Below, one piece after another: positions 28,833 to 36,882 of a stretch of DNA of 36,882 nt. Both the position numbers and the translations under genes were made by a program. The notes beneath the pieces are model-generated. The model did not search any database. It worked only from the letters and a program-made list of their open reading frames with translations, and was not told the origin of the DNA. Each line of letters opens with the position of its first letter. Position 1 is the first letter of the stretch. The stretch is taken from the NCBI GenBank assembly GCA_015485435.1, contig WFTO01000222.1:1-36882 (forward strand), read 5' to 3'. The DNA is from Anaerolineae bacterium. Lineage in GTDB: Bacteria > Chloroflexota > Anaerolineae > J102.

Positions 28833-29821
28833 CCGAGGATATTCTCACCATCACCGATCTGAAAAAGCACTTTGTCATTGGTCACAACGGCCTGATCCAC
28901 CGCACGCCCATAACGGTCAAGGCGGTGGATGGCGTCTCCCTGAGTCTACGGAAGGGAGAGACCTTTGGCCTGGTAGGCGAATCGGGCTCGGGCAAGAGCA
29001 CCGTCGCTTACATGACCGTGGGCATGTATCGCCCCACCTCGGGCACGATTCGATTTCGCGGTGAAGACCTGTTCGATGGCTCCAAGGAACGCTCGAAACG
29101 CCATAAAAAAGAGATTCAAATCGTCTTTCAGGACCCTGGTTCCTCTCTGAACCCGCGCCGCAGCATCAAAGACATCCTGGACCTGCCTTTGCGTATCCAT
29201 CAGCCGCAAAAGAATCGGTTGGAAGAGATCGTGCGTCTGCTCAGTCTGGTCGAGCTTCCTCCAGAATACATGTACAAGTACCCGCGGCAGTTGAGTGGCG
29301 GAGAGAAACAGATCGTCGCCATCGCTCGCGCCCTAGCTACGGACCCATCCATCATCGTCCTCGATGAACCCACTTCCGCGCTGGATGTCTCTATTCAGGG
29401 CAAGGTCATCAATCTGCTCATCCGCCTGCAACAGGAATTCGAGCTCTCCTTCCTGTTCATCACCCACGATCTCAGCCTGATGCGGAACGTCGCCTCGCGG
29501 GTGGCCATCATGTATCTAGGCAAGATCTGCGAGGTCGCGGACGCCGCAGAATTTTTCGAAAACCCGCTGCATCCCTACACCCAAATGCTGCTCTCCTCGA
29601 TTCCGGTCCTGACCGAGGAGGAGGAAGCCCTGAAACCGGTCAAGGTCGAATCCCGGGGCGAGATTCCCAGCCCTGTGAATGTGCCGCCAGGATGCAGCTT
29701 TCACTCCCGATGCCCCTATGCCGAAGCCATCTGCAAACAGGTCGATCCCGAGATGAAAGAAATTCGCCCCGGACATACGGTGCGGTGTCATCTCTTTGCA
29801 TCTGACAGGAGTCAAGCTTAG
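28829..29821 (+). CDS. Peptide ABC transporter ATPase (DppF-like)
   Basis: [36 protein letters not shown]. Confidence 0.94.
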   Translation: MTEDILTITDLKKHFVIGHNGLIHRTPITVKAVDGVSLSLRKGETFGLVGESGSGKSTVAYMTVGMYRPTSGTIRFRGEDLFDGSKERSKRHKKEIQIVFQDPGSSLNPRRSIKDILDLPLRIHQPQKNRLEEIVRLLSLVELPPEYMYKYPRQLSGGEKQIVAIARALATDPSIIVLDEPTSALDVSIQGKVINLLIRLQQEFELSFLFITHDLSLMRNVASRVAIMYLGKICEVADAAEFFENPLHPYTQMLLSSIPVLTEEEEALKPVKVESRGEIPSPVNVPPGCSFHSRCPYAEAICKQVDPEMKEIRPGHTVRCHLFASDRSQA

Positions 29822-29906
29822 AGGTTTCGCAATCACCAAGGTCGGCGCAAGCGTTGTTTCATTATTTTGTAACGGTTTCATCCTCTTGCGAGTGTGGAGT
29901 TCCCAA

Positions 29907-30710
29907 ATGCAGCCCATCAAAGTCATGTTTTTAAATCCCGTTGGCAGCGATGCTTACGACGCTTTCATGGCGGATTGGATCAAGGCGTACAAATATCCAA
30001 ACACGGAAGCGCACGTGACCTCCTTTGATCCCGCGCGGATTGGCCCCATCACCAATCTGGAGTATCGAACTTACGAAGCCATGGTCACGCCCGAAATCGT
30101 CCGCGCCACCCACCAGGCCGCGCAAGAAGGCTTCGACGCTCTAGTCATCGGCTGTTTTTATGACACCGCGTTGCTTGATGCACGGGAGATATCGGGAGAG
30201 ATGGTGGTCGTAGCGCCTTGCCATGCCTCCATCGAGACCACCTTAACCCTGGCCAATACCTTCTCCATCATCGTGGGGCAATACAAGTGGGTCCATCAAA
30301 TGCACAATACTGTGCGACATTATGGCTTTGCGGACAAACTCATGTCTTTCCGGCATGTGGATATGAACGTGGTTGAATTTCAACAGGACCATGAACGGAC
30401 TCGAAACCGCTTAGTGGCGGCTGGTCGAAAGGCGGTGGAAGAAGACCATGCCGAGGCACTCATTTTGGGATGCACCCTTGAAACTGGGTTTTACAAAGAA
30501 CTGCAGGCCGAGCTTGGCGTTCCCGTCATCGATCCATCGATTGCCGCATTCAAGGCGGCTGAACACGCTGCACAATTGAAACATTTGTGTGATTGGCGGC
30601 CTAGTCGCATGTGGAGTTGTGAAGCGCCTCCCGAATGGGAACTGGCAGAATTCGCCCTGTTTCGTCAGCCCTACCAGTTTGGCAACAGAATCGTGGTTCC
30701 ACGGACATGA
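29907..30710 (+). CDS. Asp/Glu/hydantoin racemase family protein
   Basis: LNP N-terminus, two catalytic Cys motifs (IGCFYD, LGCT) and GVPVID. Start set at ATG 29907. Confidence 0.88.
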   Translation: MQPIKVMFLNPVGSDAYDAFMADWIKAYKYPNTEAHVTSFDPARIGPITNLEYRTYEAMVTPEIVRATHQAAQEGFDALVIGCFYDTALLDAREISGEMVVVAPCHASIETTLTLANTFSIIVGQYKWVHQMHNTVRHYGFADKLMSFRHVDMNVVEFQQDHERTRNRLVAAGRKAVEEDHAEALILGCTLETGFYKELQAELGVPVIDPSIAAFKAAEHAAQLKHLCDWRPSRMWSCEAPPEWELAEFALFRQPYQFGNRIVVPRT

Positions 30711-30779
30711 AAACCCATTGCATCACCGATAACGCATTCAATCATTCTTATCATCGCAACCTTCTCAGGAGTAAGCCCC

Positions 30780-32849
30780 ATGATACGAGTAGCCACTGAT
30801 ATCGGTGGAACGTTCACCGATCTGGTCTGCGTGCATGCAGACGGTACTGTGAGCACGGCCAAAAGCCATACGACACCCCAGCAGTTTGAACAGGGCGTGA
30901 TGGATGTCATCAAAGGGGCCGGACTCACTCCCAGCGAATTCATCTCCTTCGTGCATGGCACGACCATTGTGATCAATGCCATCACCGAACGCAAGGGCTC
31001 CAAAACCGCACTTATTACCAGCGAAGGCTTTCGTGATGTGCTGGAAATTGGGCGGGGAAATCGGCCCGATTACTTCAACCTCGAATATCAAAAACCCAAA
31101 CCTTTTGTCACCCGCTTTCTGCGCCGCGAGGTGCCGGGGAGGATCAATTACAAGGGAGAAGAGACAAAAGCGCTCGATCTATCGGACCTGCCCGCGATCC
31201 TCGATGATTTTCGCGCCGAAGGGGTAGAAGCCATTGCTGTATGTCTCATCAACTCCTACGCCAATTCGGCGCATGAAGAAGCCACTGTCCAGCGTATTCG
31301 TGAGCTTTGGCCCGAGGTCGCCGTGGTCGGCTCATATCAAATCACGCGGGAGTGGCGGGAGTATGAACGCACCAGCACGGCGGTGTTGTCTGCTTACGTG
31401 CAACCCATCGCCCATCGCTATCTCGACAATCTTACAGGACGACTGCGCGAAGAGGGCATGACTTGCACGCCTTACATCATGCAATCAAACTGTGGCGTCG
31501 ATACGGTGCACAATGCCCGGCAGATTCCCATTACCATGATCGAATCGGGGCCTGCCAGCGGCGTGTGGGGCGCCGCGATTTTGGGGCGTTTGATCGGAGA
31601 ATCGGAGGTCATCGCCCTGGACATCGGCGGCACCACCGCCAAATGCGGCCTGATCACCGGCGGCGAGGTGACATTAAACACCAACTACATGGTAGAACAA
31701 ACCGAGGTTTTCGCCGGGTATCCGGTGATGGTTCCAGTTGTCGATCTGGTGGAGATCGGCCAGGGGGGCGGCTCTATCGCCTGGATCGATGAGTTTAATC
31801 GACTCCATGTCGGCCCACAGAGCGCCGGCGCGGACCCGGGACCGGTATCCTATGGTATCGGCGGCACCGAGGCCACGACCACCGACGCAAATCTGGCGTT
31901 GGGACGCATCAATCCCAATTATTTCTGCGGGGGAACCATTGTCGCCGATATGGATGGTGTTAACAAGGCCCTGGACAAACTGGCTAGGCAACTGCACATC
32001 AGCCGCCAGGAGACGGCCCGCGGCATCATTCGCCTGGCAAACAACAACATGGTCAACGCCATCAAGCTGATCTCCGTCAATCGCGGCCATGATCCCCGAG
32101 ATTTTACTCTCATCGCTTTCGGCGGCGGGGGCGGCATGCACGCCTGTACTCTGGCCAAAGAGCTGGGCATCAAGAAAGTCGTCATTCCACACCTCTCCGG
32201 CGTTTTCTCCGCCTGGGGCATGTTGTTGAGCGACCTGCGACGCGATTATCTGCAGACGCAGATCGTGGAGTTTAACTCCCCCGAGGCCGCACAACAGATG
32301 AGTGATGTGTTTGCCGCCCTGGAGGAGCAAGCCTATGCGGAATTCGAAGCCGAGGGCATCGACCGTTCGCGAGTGAGCTTCATGCGCTACGGACGCTTCC
32401 GTTATCAGAATCAGGAACATTCTACGGAGATCGACCTCCCTAATGGCCCGATTACCCCAGACATGATGGATGCTATCTCCGAGCATTTCCACGTGAATTA
32501 CGAACGGGAATACACCTATCGTCTAGACGCCCCCATCGAGCTGGTCACTTATCACCTCATTGCTATCGCCGAAGTGGATAAACTCAAACCACAACCATTG
32601 CCTCCCACCAACGCCCGGTTGGAGGACGCCATCAAAGGCCAACGGCAGGTCGATTTCCTGGAGGAAGGCGTGCATGACGCCACCATTTATGATGGCGCGG
32701 CGCTCTACCCTGGCATGCAATTTGAGGGACCGGCCGTCGTCGAAGAGGCCGAAACCACCATTGTCATCCCGCCAGCGATGTCGTGCGAGATCGACGAATA
32801 TGGCAACTATCAGATTTTGACTGCGCCCCAAGGAGGAAGCAATGCCTAA
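30780..32849 (+). CDS. Hydantoinase A/5-oxoprolinase ATP-binding subunit
   Basis: DIGGTFTD, HGTT, EYERTST, SGPASG, DIGGTT, GPQSAGADPGP, FGGGG, GPAVVEE. Confidence 0.93.
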   Translation: MIRVATDIGGTFTDLVCVHADGTVSTAKSHTTPQQFEQGVMDVIKGAGLTPSEFISFVHGTTIVINAITERKGSKTALITSEGFRDVLEIGRGNRPDYFNLEYQKPKPFVTRFLRREVPGRINYKGEETKALDLSDLPAILDDFRAEGVEAIAVCLINSYANSAHEEATVQRIRELWPEVAVVGSYQITREWREYERTSTAVLSAYVQPIAHRYLDNLTGRLREEGMTCTPYIMQSNCGVDTVHNARQIPITMIESGPASGVWGAAILGRLIGESEVIALDIGGTTAKCGLITGGEVTLNTNYMVEQTEVFAGYPVMVPVVDLVEIGQGGGSIAWIDEFNRLHVGPQSAGADPGPVSYGIGGTEATTTDANLALGRINPNYFCGGTIVADMDGVNKALDKLARQLHISRQETARGIIRLANNNMVNAIKLISVNRGHDPRDFTLIAFGGGGGMHACTLAKELGIKKVVIPHLSGVFSAWGMLLSDLRRDYLQTQIVEFNSPEAAQQMSDVFAALEEQAYAEFEAEGIDRSRVSFMRYGRFRYQNQEHSTEIDLPNGPITPDMMDAISEHFHVNYEREYTYRLDAPIELVTYHLIAIAEVDKLKPQPLPPTNARLEDAIKGQRQVDFLEEGVHDATIYDGAALYPGMQFEGPAVVEEAETTIVIPPAMSCEIDEYGNYQILTAPQGGSNA

Positions 32850-34512
32850 ACATTACGATCCCATTACCATCGAAATCATCCAGAATTCGGTGCAGGCCGC
32901 AGCCGATGAGATGTTTGCGGCGCTGAGAAGAACCGCCATGAGCGCCATCATCTACGAAGTGCTGGACATGGGCACCGGCATCACCGATCGCAACGGCGAG
33001 ATCGCAGGCTCAGGAGCGGGCATTCCTGCGTTTGTGGGCGTGCTGGATAAAACCGTCAAACGCATTCTGGCCAAATTCGATCAACCCGGCGATATCGAGC
33101 CCGGGGACGTCTTCATCACCAACGACCCGTACAACGGCGGCGTCACCCATCTGAACGACATGGTGTTGACCATGCCCGTGTTCGCCGATGGGCAGCTCAT
33201 CGCCTGGACCGCGAATATCGCTCACTGGAATGATGTGGGCGGCATGGTGCCGGGCAGCATGTCCACCGAAGCCACCGAGATCTTTCAGGAGGGCATGATT
33301 TACCCAGGCGTAAAACTGATCTCGCGCGGGGAGCCCATCCGCTCGGTATTTGACATCCTGACCGCCAATTGTCGCATGCCCGATTATCTCATCGGCGATC
33401 TATGGGCGGGCATCGCCTCGGTGCGGGTGGGCGAGCGCCGCATCTTGGAGATCGCCAACAAATATGGAGTGGATGTTTTCCTTCACGCCCTCGATGAGTA
33501 CATGGATTATGGCGAACAGGTCATTTTGAACGCGCTGAAGAAGCTGCCCAACGGCGTTTATTCGCTGGAAGAGGCGCAGGATGACGGGCAGATTTGGAAG
33601 GTGACGGTGGAGATCACCGATAACGAGTTTATCGTCGATCTACGCGACAACCCTGATCAAAATCCTGGCCCCTTCAATATGAGCGCGGATGACGCCATCA
33701 TCGCCTGTCAGATTGCGCTGAAGAACGTGACAGTGCCCGACCGCATCGCCAATGGCGGCACCTTCCGGCCATTGAAGGTGAAATTGCGACATGGCAGCAT
33801 CTTCAATCCCAAATACCCCGCGGCCATGGGCATTTATTACGAGCTCAGCATCCGCCTGCACGATCTCATCATCCGCTGCCTGGCCGAAAACATGCCCGAT
33901 CAGCTTCCTGCGGGTGGATTCGCCTCCATTTGCGGCACGTTGTTCGGTGGTATCCATCCCGACACAGGGCGGCCCTATGCGGTGATCGAACCTGAATTGG
34001 GCGGATGGGGCGGCTCTCCGCGCGGAGATGGCATGCCCGGCCAGTTCTCCGCCTTCCACGGCGAAACGTACAACTGCCCCGCGGAGGTGGCCGAGGCGCG
34101 GTATGGCGTTACCGTGGACTACCTCAGCTTCCACGATGAGGATGGCGGCGCGGGGCTGCACCGTGGCGGCAAAGGCGTCCGTATCGACTATCGCATTCGC
34201 TCCGACAACGCATGGCTTACGGTGGCGTACACCCGAGACAAGGTGCCGCCATGGCCCCTGAAGGGCGGGCAGCCCGGGTCTAGTAACCACGTCATCATCC
34301 GGCGCGCCGATGGCACCCAGGAGCGCCATGCGGTGGTCAGCGGCCTTACGCTGAATAAGGATGACGTGATTCAGATTATGACCGCCACCGGCGCGGGATG
34401 GGGCGATCCCATGGAGCGTGACCTGGAGCTGGTCAAAGAAGACCTCAAGAACGGATACATCACATTAGAGCAGGCCAACAAATATTATGGCCTGGATAAA
34501 CGATCCGCATAG
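32842..34512 (+). CDS. Hydantoinase B/5-oxoprolinase catalytic subunit
   Basis: DPITIEI, NDPYNGG.THLND, HWNDVGG..PGS, FQEG, GGAG.HRGG, GAGWGDP. Confidence 0.93.
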   Translation: MPKHYDPITIEIIQNSVQAAADEMFAALRRTAMSAIIYEVLDMGTGITDRNGEIAGSGAGIPAFVGVLDKTVKRILAKFDQPGDIEPGDVFITNDPYNGGVTHLNDMVLTMPVFADGQLIAWTANIAHWNDVGGMVPGSMSTEATEIFQEGMIYPGVKLISRGEPIRSVFDILTANCRMPDYLIGDLWAGIASVRVGERRILEIANKYGVDVFLHALDEYMDYGEQVILNALKKLPNGVYSLEEAQDDGQIWKVTVEITDNEFIVDLRDNPDQNPGPFNMSADDAIIACQIALKNVTVPDRIANGGTFRPLKVKLRHGSIFNPKYPAAMGIYYELSIRLHDLIIRCLAENMPDQLPAGGFASICGTLFGGIHPDTGRPYAVIEPELGGWGGSPRGDGMPGQFSAFHGETYNCPAEVAEARYGVTVDYLSFHDEDGGAGLHRGGKGVRIDYRIRSDNAWLTVAYTRDKVPPWPLKGGQPGSSNHVIIRRADGTQERHAVVSGLTLNKDDVIQIMTATGAGWGDPMERDLELVKEDLKNGYITLEQANKYYGLDKRSA

Positions 34513-34586
34513 CGCGTCTACACCAACCGACAGGAATCCGTCGAGCTGAGTTGGCACTTGGCGGCTTCCTGTCACGGCAACATAAC

Positions 34587-35672
34587 ATGAACGAGCGCAT
34601 CACGCAATTACAACAATCTTTGATCGCCCACAACGTCGATCTGGTGGCCATCGGCCCGACGAACAACATGCGTTATCTTGCCGGGTATGCCCCTCATCCC
34701 GATGAGCGTTTGTGCCTTTTGCTCATCTCGCCCGAGAGGGTTCAGGTGGTGGTGCCGGCATTGAACGCCGAGGACTGGATGATGCATACCGGCATTCCGC
34801 CCATCATCTGGGAGGATAGCGCCGGGCCCGATAAGGCGTTGGCCGCAGCGTTGGCCCAGATACCTGCGCTCCGGCGTCTGGCTTTCGATGGCGCCACAAG
34901 GGCGGATTTCCTCATGACGTTGCTCACGGCGGCCAGGCCCGATGCCGTGCAATCCGCGGACGCCCTGTTGACCCCGTTACGCGCCCGGAAGTCCAGTGAG
35001 GAGATCGAGGCGTTGCAGCGGGCGGCAGCCCAGGCGGATCGGGCCATGCAAGCCGCGATGGCAGCCTGCAAGCCGGGCGTCACCGAGGCTGAAGTGGCCT
35101 GGGAGGCGGAGACCGCTTTTCGTCGGGATGGCGCGGAATCGGTTGAGTTTACGTTGATCGCGTCGGGGCCGAACGGCGCTTTTCCGCATCACCACAGCGG
35201 CAACCGTGCGCTGCAAGTGGGCGACGCCATCATCATCGACATCGGCGCCTCGCTGAACGGCTACAAATCGGACATCACCCGGATGGTCTTCCTGGGGAAG
35301 CCTTCGACAGAGTTCCTGGCTGCTTACAACGCGGTGTTGGAAGCGAATCGGGCAGGAAGAGCCGCGGTGCGCCCGGGCATTCCCGCCCAGGAGATCGATC
35401 GCGCTGCGCGGGGCGTGCTGCATGCCGCGGGCCTTGGCGACTACTTCGTTCACCGCACCGGCCACGGCATCGGACTCGATGTCCATGAGCCCCCGTGGAT
35501 GATGGAGGGCAACGACATGCTTTTGGAGCCGGGCATGACGTTCAGCGTAGAGCCGGGAGTGTATCTGCCTGGCCGTTTTGGGGTACGCATTGAGGATATT
35601 GTGGCCGTCACCGAGACGGGCGTGCGCATCCTTACAGGTTTCGAACATGCGTTGGTCGTCAAGGATTTCTGA
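34587..35672 (+). CDS. M24 Xaa-Pro peptidase (prolidase/aminopeptidase P family)
   Basis: R..KS.EEI, SGPN...PHH, DIG...SDITR, HRTGHGIGLDVHE, EPG.Y and RIED metal ligands. Confidence 0.92.
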   Translation: MNERITQLQQSLIAHNVDLVAIGPTNNMRYLAGYAPHPDERLCLLLISPERVQVVVPALNAEDWMMHTGIPPIIWEDSAGPDKALAAALAQIPALRRLAFDGATRADFLMTLLTAARPDAVQSADALLTPLRARKSSEEIEALQRAAAQADRAMQAAMAACKPGVTEAEVAWEAETAFRRDGAESVEFTLIASGPNGAFPHHHSGNRALQVGDAIIIDIGASLNGYKSDITRMVFLGKPSTEFLAAYNAVLEANRAGRAAVRPGIPAQEIDRAARGVLHAAGLGDYFVHRTGHGIGLDVHEPPWMMEGNDMLLEPGMTFSVEPGVYLPGRFGVRIEDIVAVTETGVRILTGFEHALVVKDF

Positions 35673-35696
35673 TGATTCACCCAAGGAGATGTTGAC

Positions 35697-36020
35697 ATGA
35701 TCAAACTAACCGTTCTCTACAACCTACCTCCAGGCGCGGACCACGATGAATTCATTCGCTGGCGCACCACCGAACATCAGCAGGAAAACATGGCCATTCC
35801 CGGCGTGATCAAAAGTGATTTTTATATCATCCGCGAAGCCTGGCAACAGGAGACGTTGCCCTATCGATACATGACCGAAGCCTATTTCCCCGATATGGAG
35901 ACCTTCCGCAAAGCGTTTTTCGATCCCGAATACCAAAAGGATCTGGCCGTGGCCCTGCAGCGCATTGCTGACCCCTTGTTCCTTATCTCCGAAGAAGTCA
36001 TCAGCGAAGAAGCCAAGTAA
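35697..36020 (+). CDS. EthD-family (dimeric alpha-beta barrel) protein
   Basis: MIKL.VLY, EF..W...H, IPG and E.YF.D.E.F..AF pattern; AAGGAGA RBS. Confidence 0.7.
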   Translation: MIKLTVLYNLPPGADHDEFIRWRTTEHQQENMAIPGVIKSDFYIIREAWQQETLPYRYMTEAYFPDMETFRKAFFDPEYQKDLAVALQRIADPLFLISEEVISEEAK

Positions 36021-36045
36021 GCCGCCTATCGGGAGAGACATACCC

Positions 36046-36882
36046 ATGCTGCGACGGTCTATGTTGGCGTTATCCCATAGCGCCACGCTCCAACGGTTGA
36101 GTCGTGACTTTCCACCGGCGCGTCGGATGGCGCGCCGTTTTGTGGCAGGAGAACGACGCGAGGACGCGCTTCGCGTCATCCGGCGGTTGAACGATGCAGG
36201 AGTACATGTCACATTGGACTATCTGGGCGAACATGTCACCGAGGCGAAGGTGGCGCGATCATGCGTCGACGAATATCTGGCAGTGTTGGAAGATATCACC
36301 AGGGCGGAGCTGCAAAGTGGTGTGTCGTTGAAACTTTCAGCCATGGGTTTGCACATCGACGCGGCGTTTTGTTATGAAAATGTGTATCGTATCGTAAAGG
36401 CCGCGCAATCCCACCGTCGCTTTGTTCGCATCGACATGGAGGAGGCCGCCCATATCGACGTCACGCTGGACATTTATCGCCGCCTGCGAAACTCATTTGA
36501 CAATGTGGGCGTCGTACTGCAAGCATATCTTTACCGCACCAAAGAGGACTTGCAGTCACTCCTGAACGAGGGCATCGCGGATGTGCGTTTGGTCAAGGGG
36601 GCTTACGATGAGTCCGAGGATGTGGCTTGGCAGCGGCGAGAGGATATTCAGCGATCATTGATCGAACTTTCGCAGATGATGTTAACTCCTGCTGCCCTGG
36701 CCCAGGGCGGGCGTCTGGCCCTAGGCTCACACGATGACGCGGTTTACAATGAGGTCATCGCCTTCGCCGAATCACAGCACATCGCCCCCGATCGATGGGA
36801 GATACAGTTCTTGTATGGCATTCGCAGAGATGAACTCTGGCGTTTGGTTCGGGCAGGGCATCGGATGCGGGTGTATGTGCCC
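36046..36882 (+). CDS. Monofunctional proline dehydrogenase, truncated by the window end (absent from the ORF track)
   Basis: Own translation: MLRRSMLALS...RRFVAGE...LDYLGE...SLKLS..G...RIDME...LQAYL.R...RLVKGAY...SHD...QFLYG...RVYVP. Confidence 0.93.
   Translation, partial: MLRRSMLALSHSATLQRLSRDFPPARRMARRFVAGERREDALRVIRRLNDAGVHVTLDYLGEHVTEAKVARSCVDEYLAVLEDITRAELQSGVSLKLSAMGLHIDAAFCYENVYRIVKAAQSHRRFVRIDMEEAAHIDVTLDIYRRLRNSFDNVGVVLQAYLYRTKEDLQSLLNEGIADVRLVKGAYDESEDVAWQRREDIQRSLIELSQMMLTPAALAQGGRLALGSHDDAVYNEVIAFAESQHIAPDRWEIQFLYGIRRDELWRLVRAGHRMRVYVP

Noticed and set aside
1-36882. CRISPR array, IS element or rRNA
   Set aside because: No regularly spaced repeats, transposase motifs or rRNA-like sequence seen.

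Overview
Bacterial chromosomal window, probably from a Chloroflexota-like organism (inferred from Pro/Ala/Thr-rich lipoprotein linkers and the gene mix). It starts with the end of an integrated element: a large serine recombinase whose C-terminus runs antisense into a tRNA-Asp(GTC) gene. The last ~250 bp of this CDS also carry an outward-facing sigma70-type promoter and a terminator-like hairpin for the tRNA. Housekeeping and metabolic genes follow: DUF981, rlmB-cysS-PIN/TRAM, DUF3467, a class IV aminotransferase, a methyltransferase with a Moco-sulfurase-like PLP enzyme, and a PhaR-like regulator with a patatin. Next is a tetrathionate/selenate-reductase-type ttrBCA plus TorD-chaperone operon, preceded by a binding protein, histidine kinase and OmpR-family regulator. 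The window ends in a long operon (peptide ABC transporter, racemase, hydantoinase/oxoprolinase A+B, Xaa-Pro peptidase, EthD, proline dehydrogenase) that looks like a catabolic route for a proline-containing cyclic amide such as a cyclic dipeptide. All calls come from motif recognition by eye; no database searches were run.
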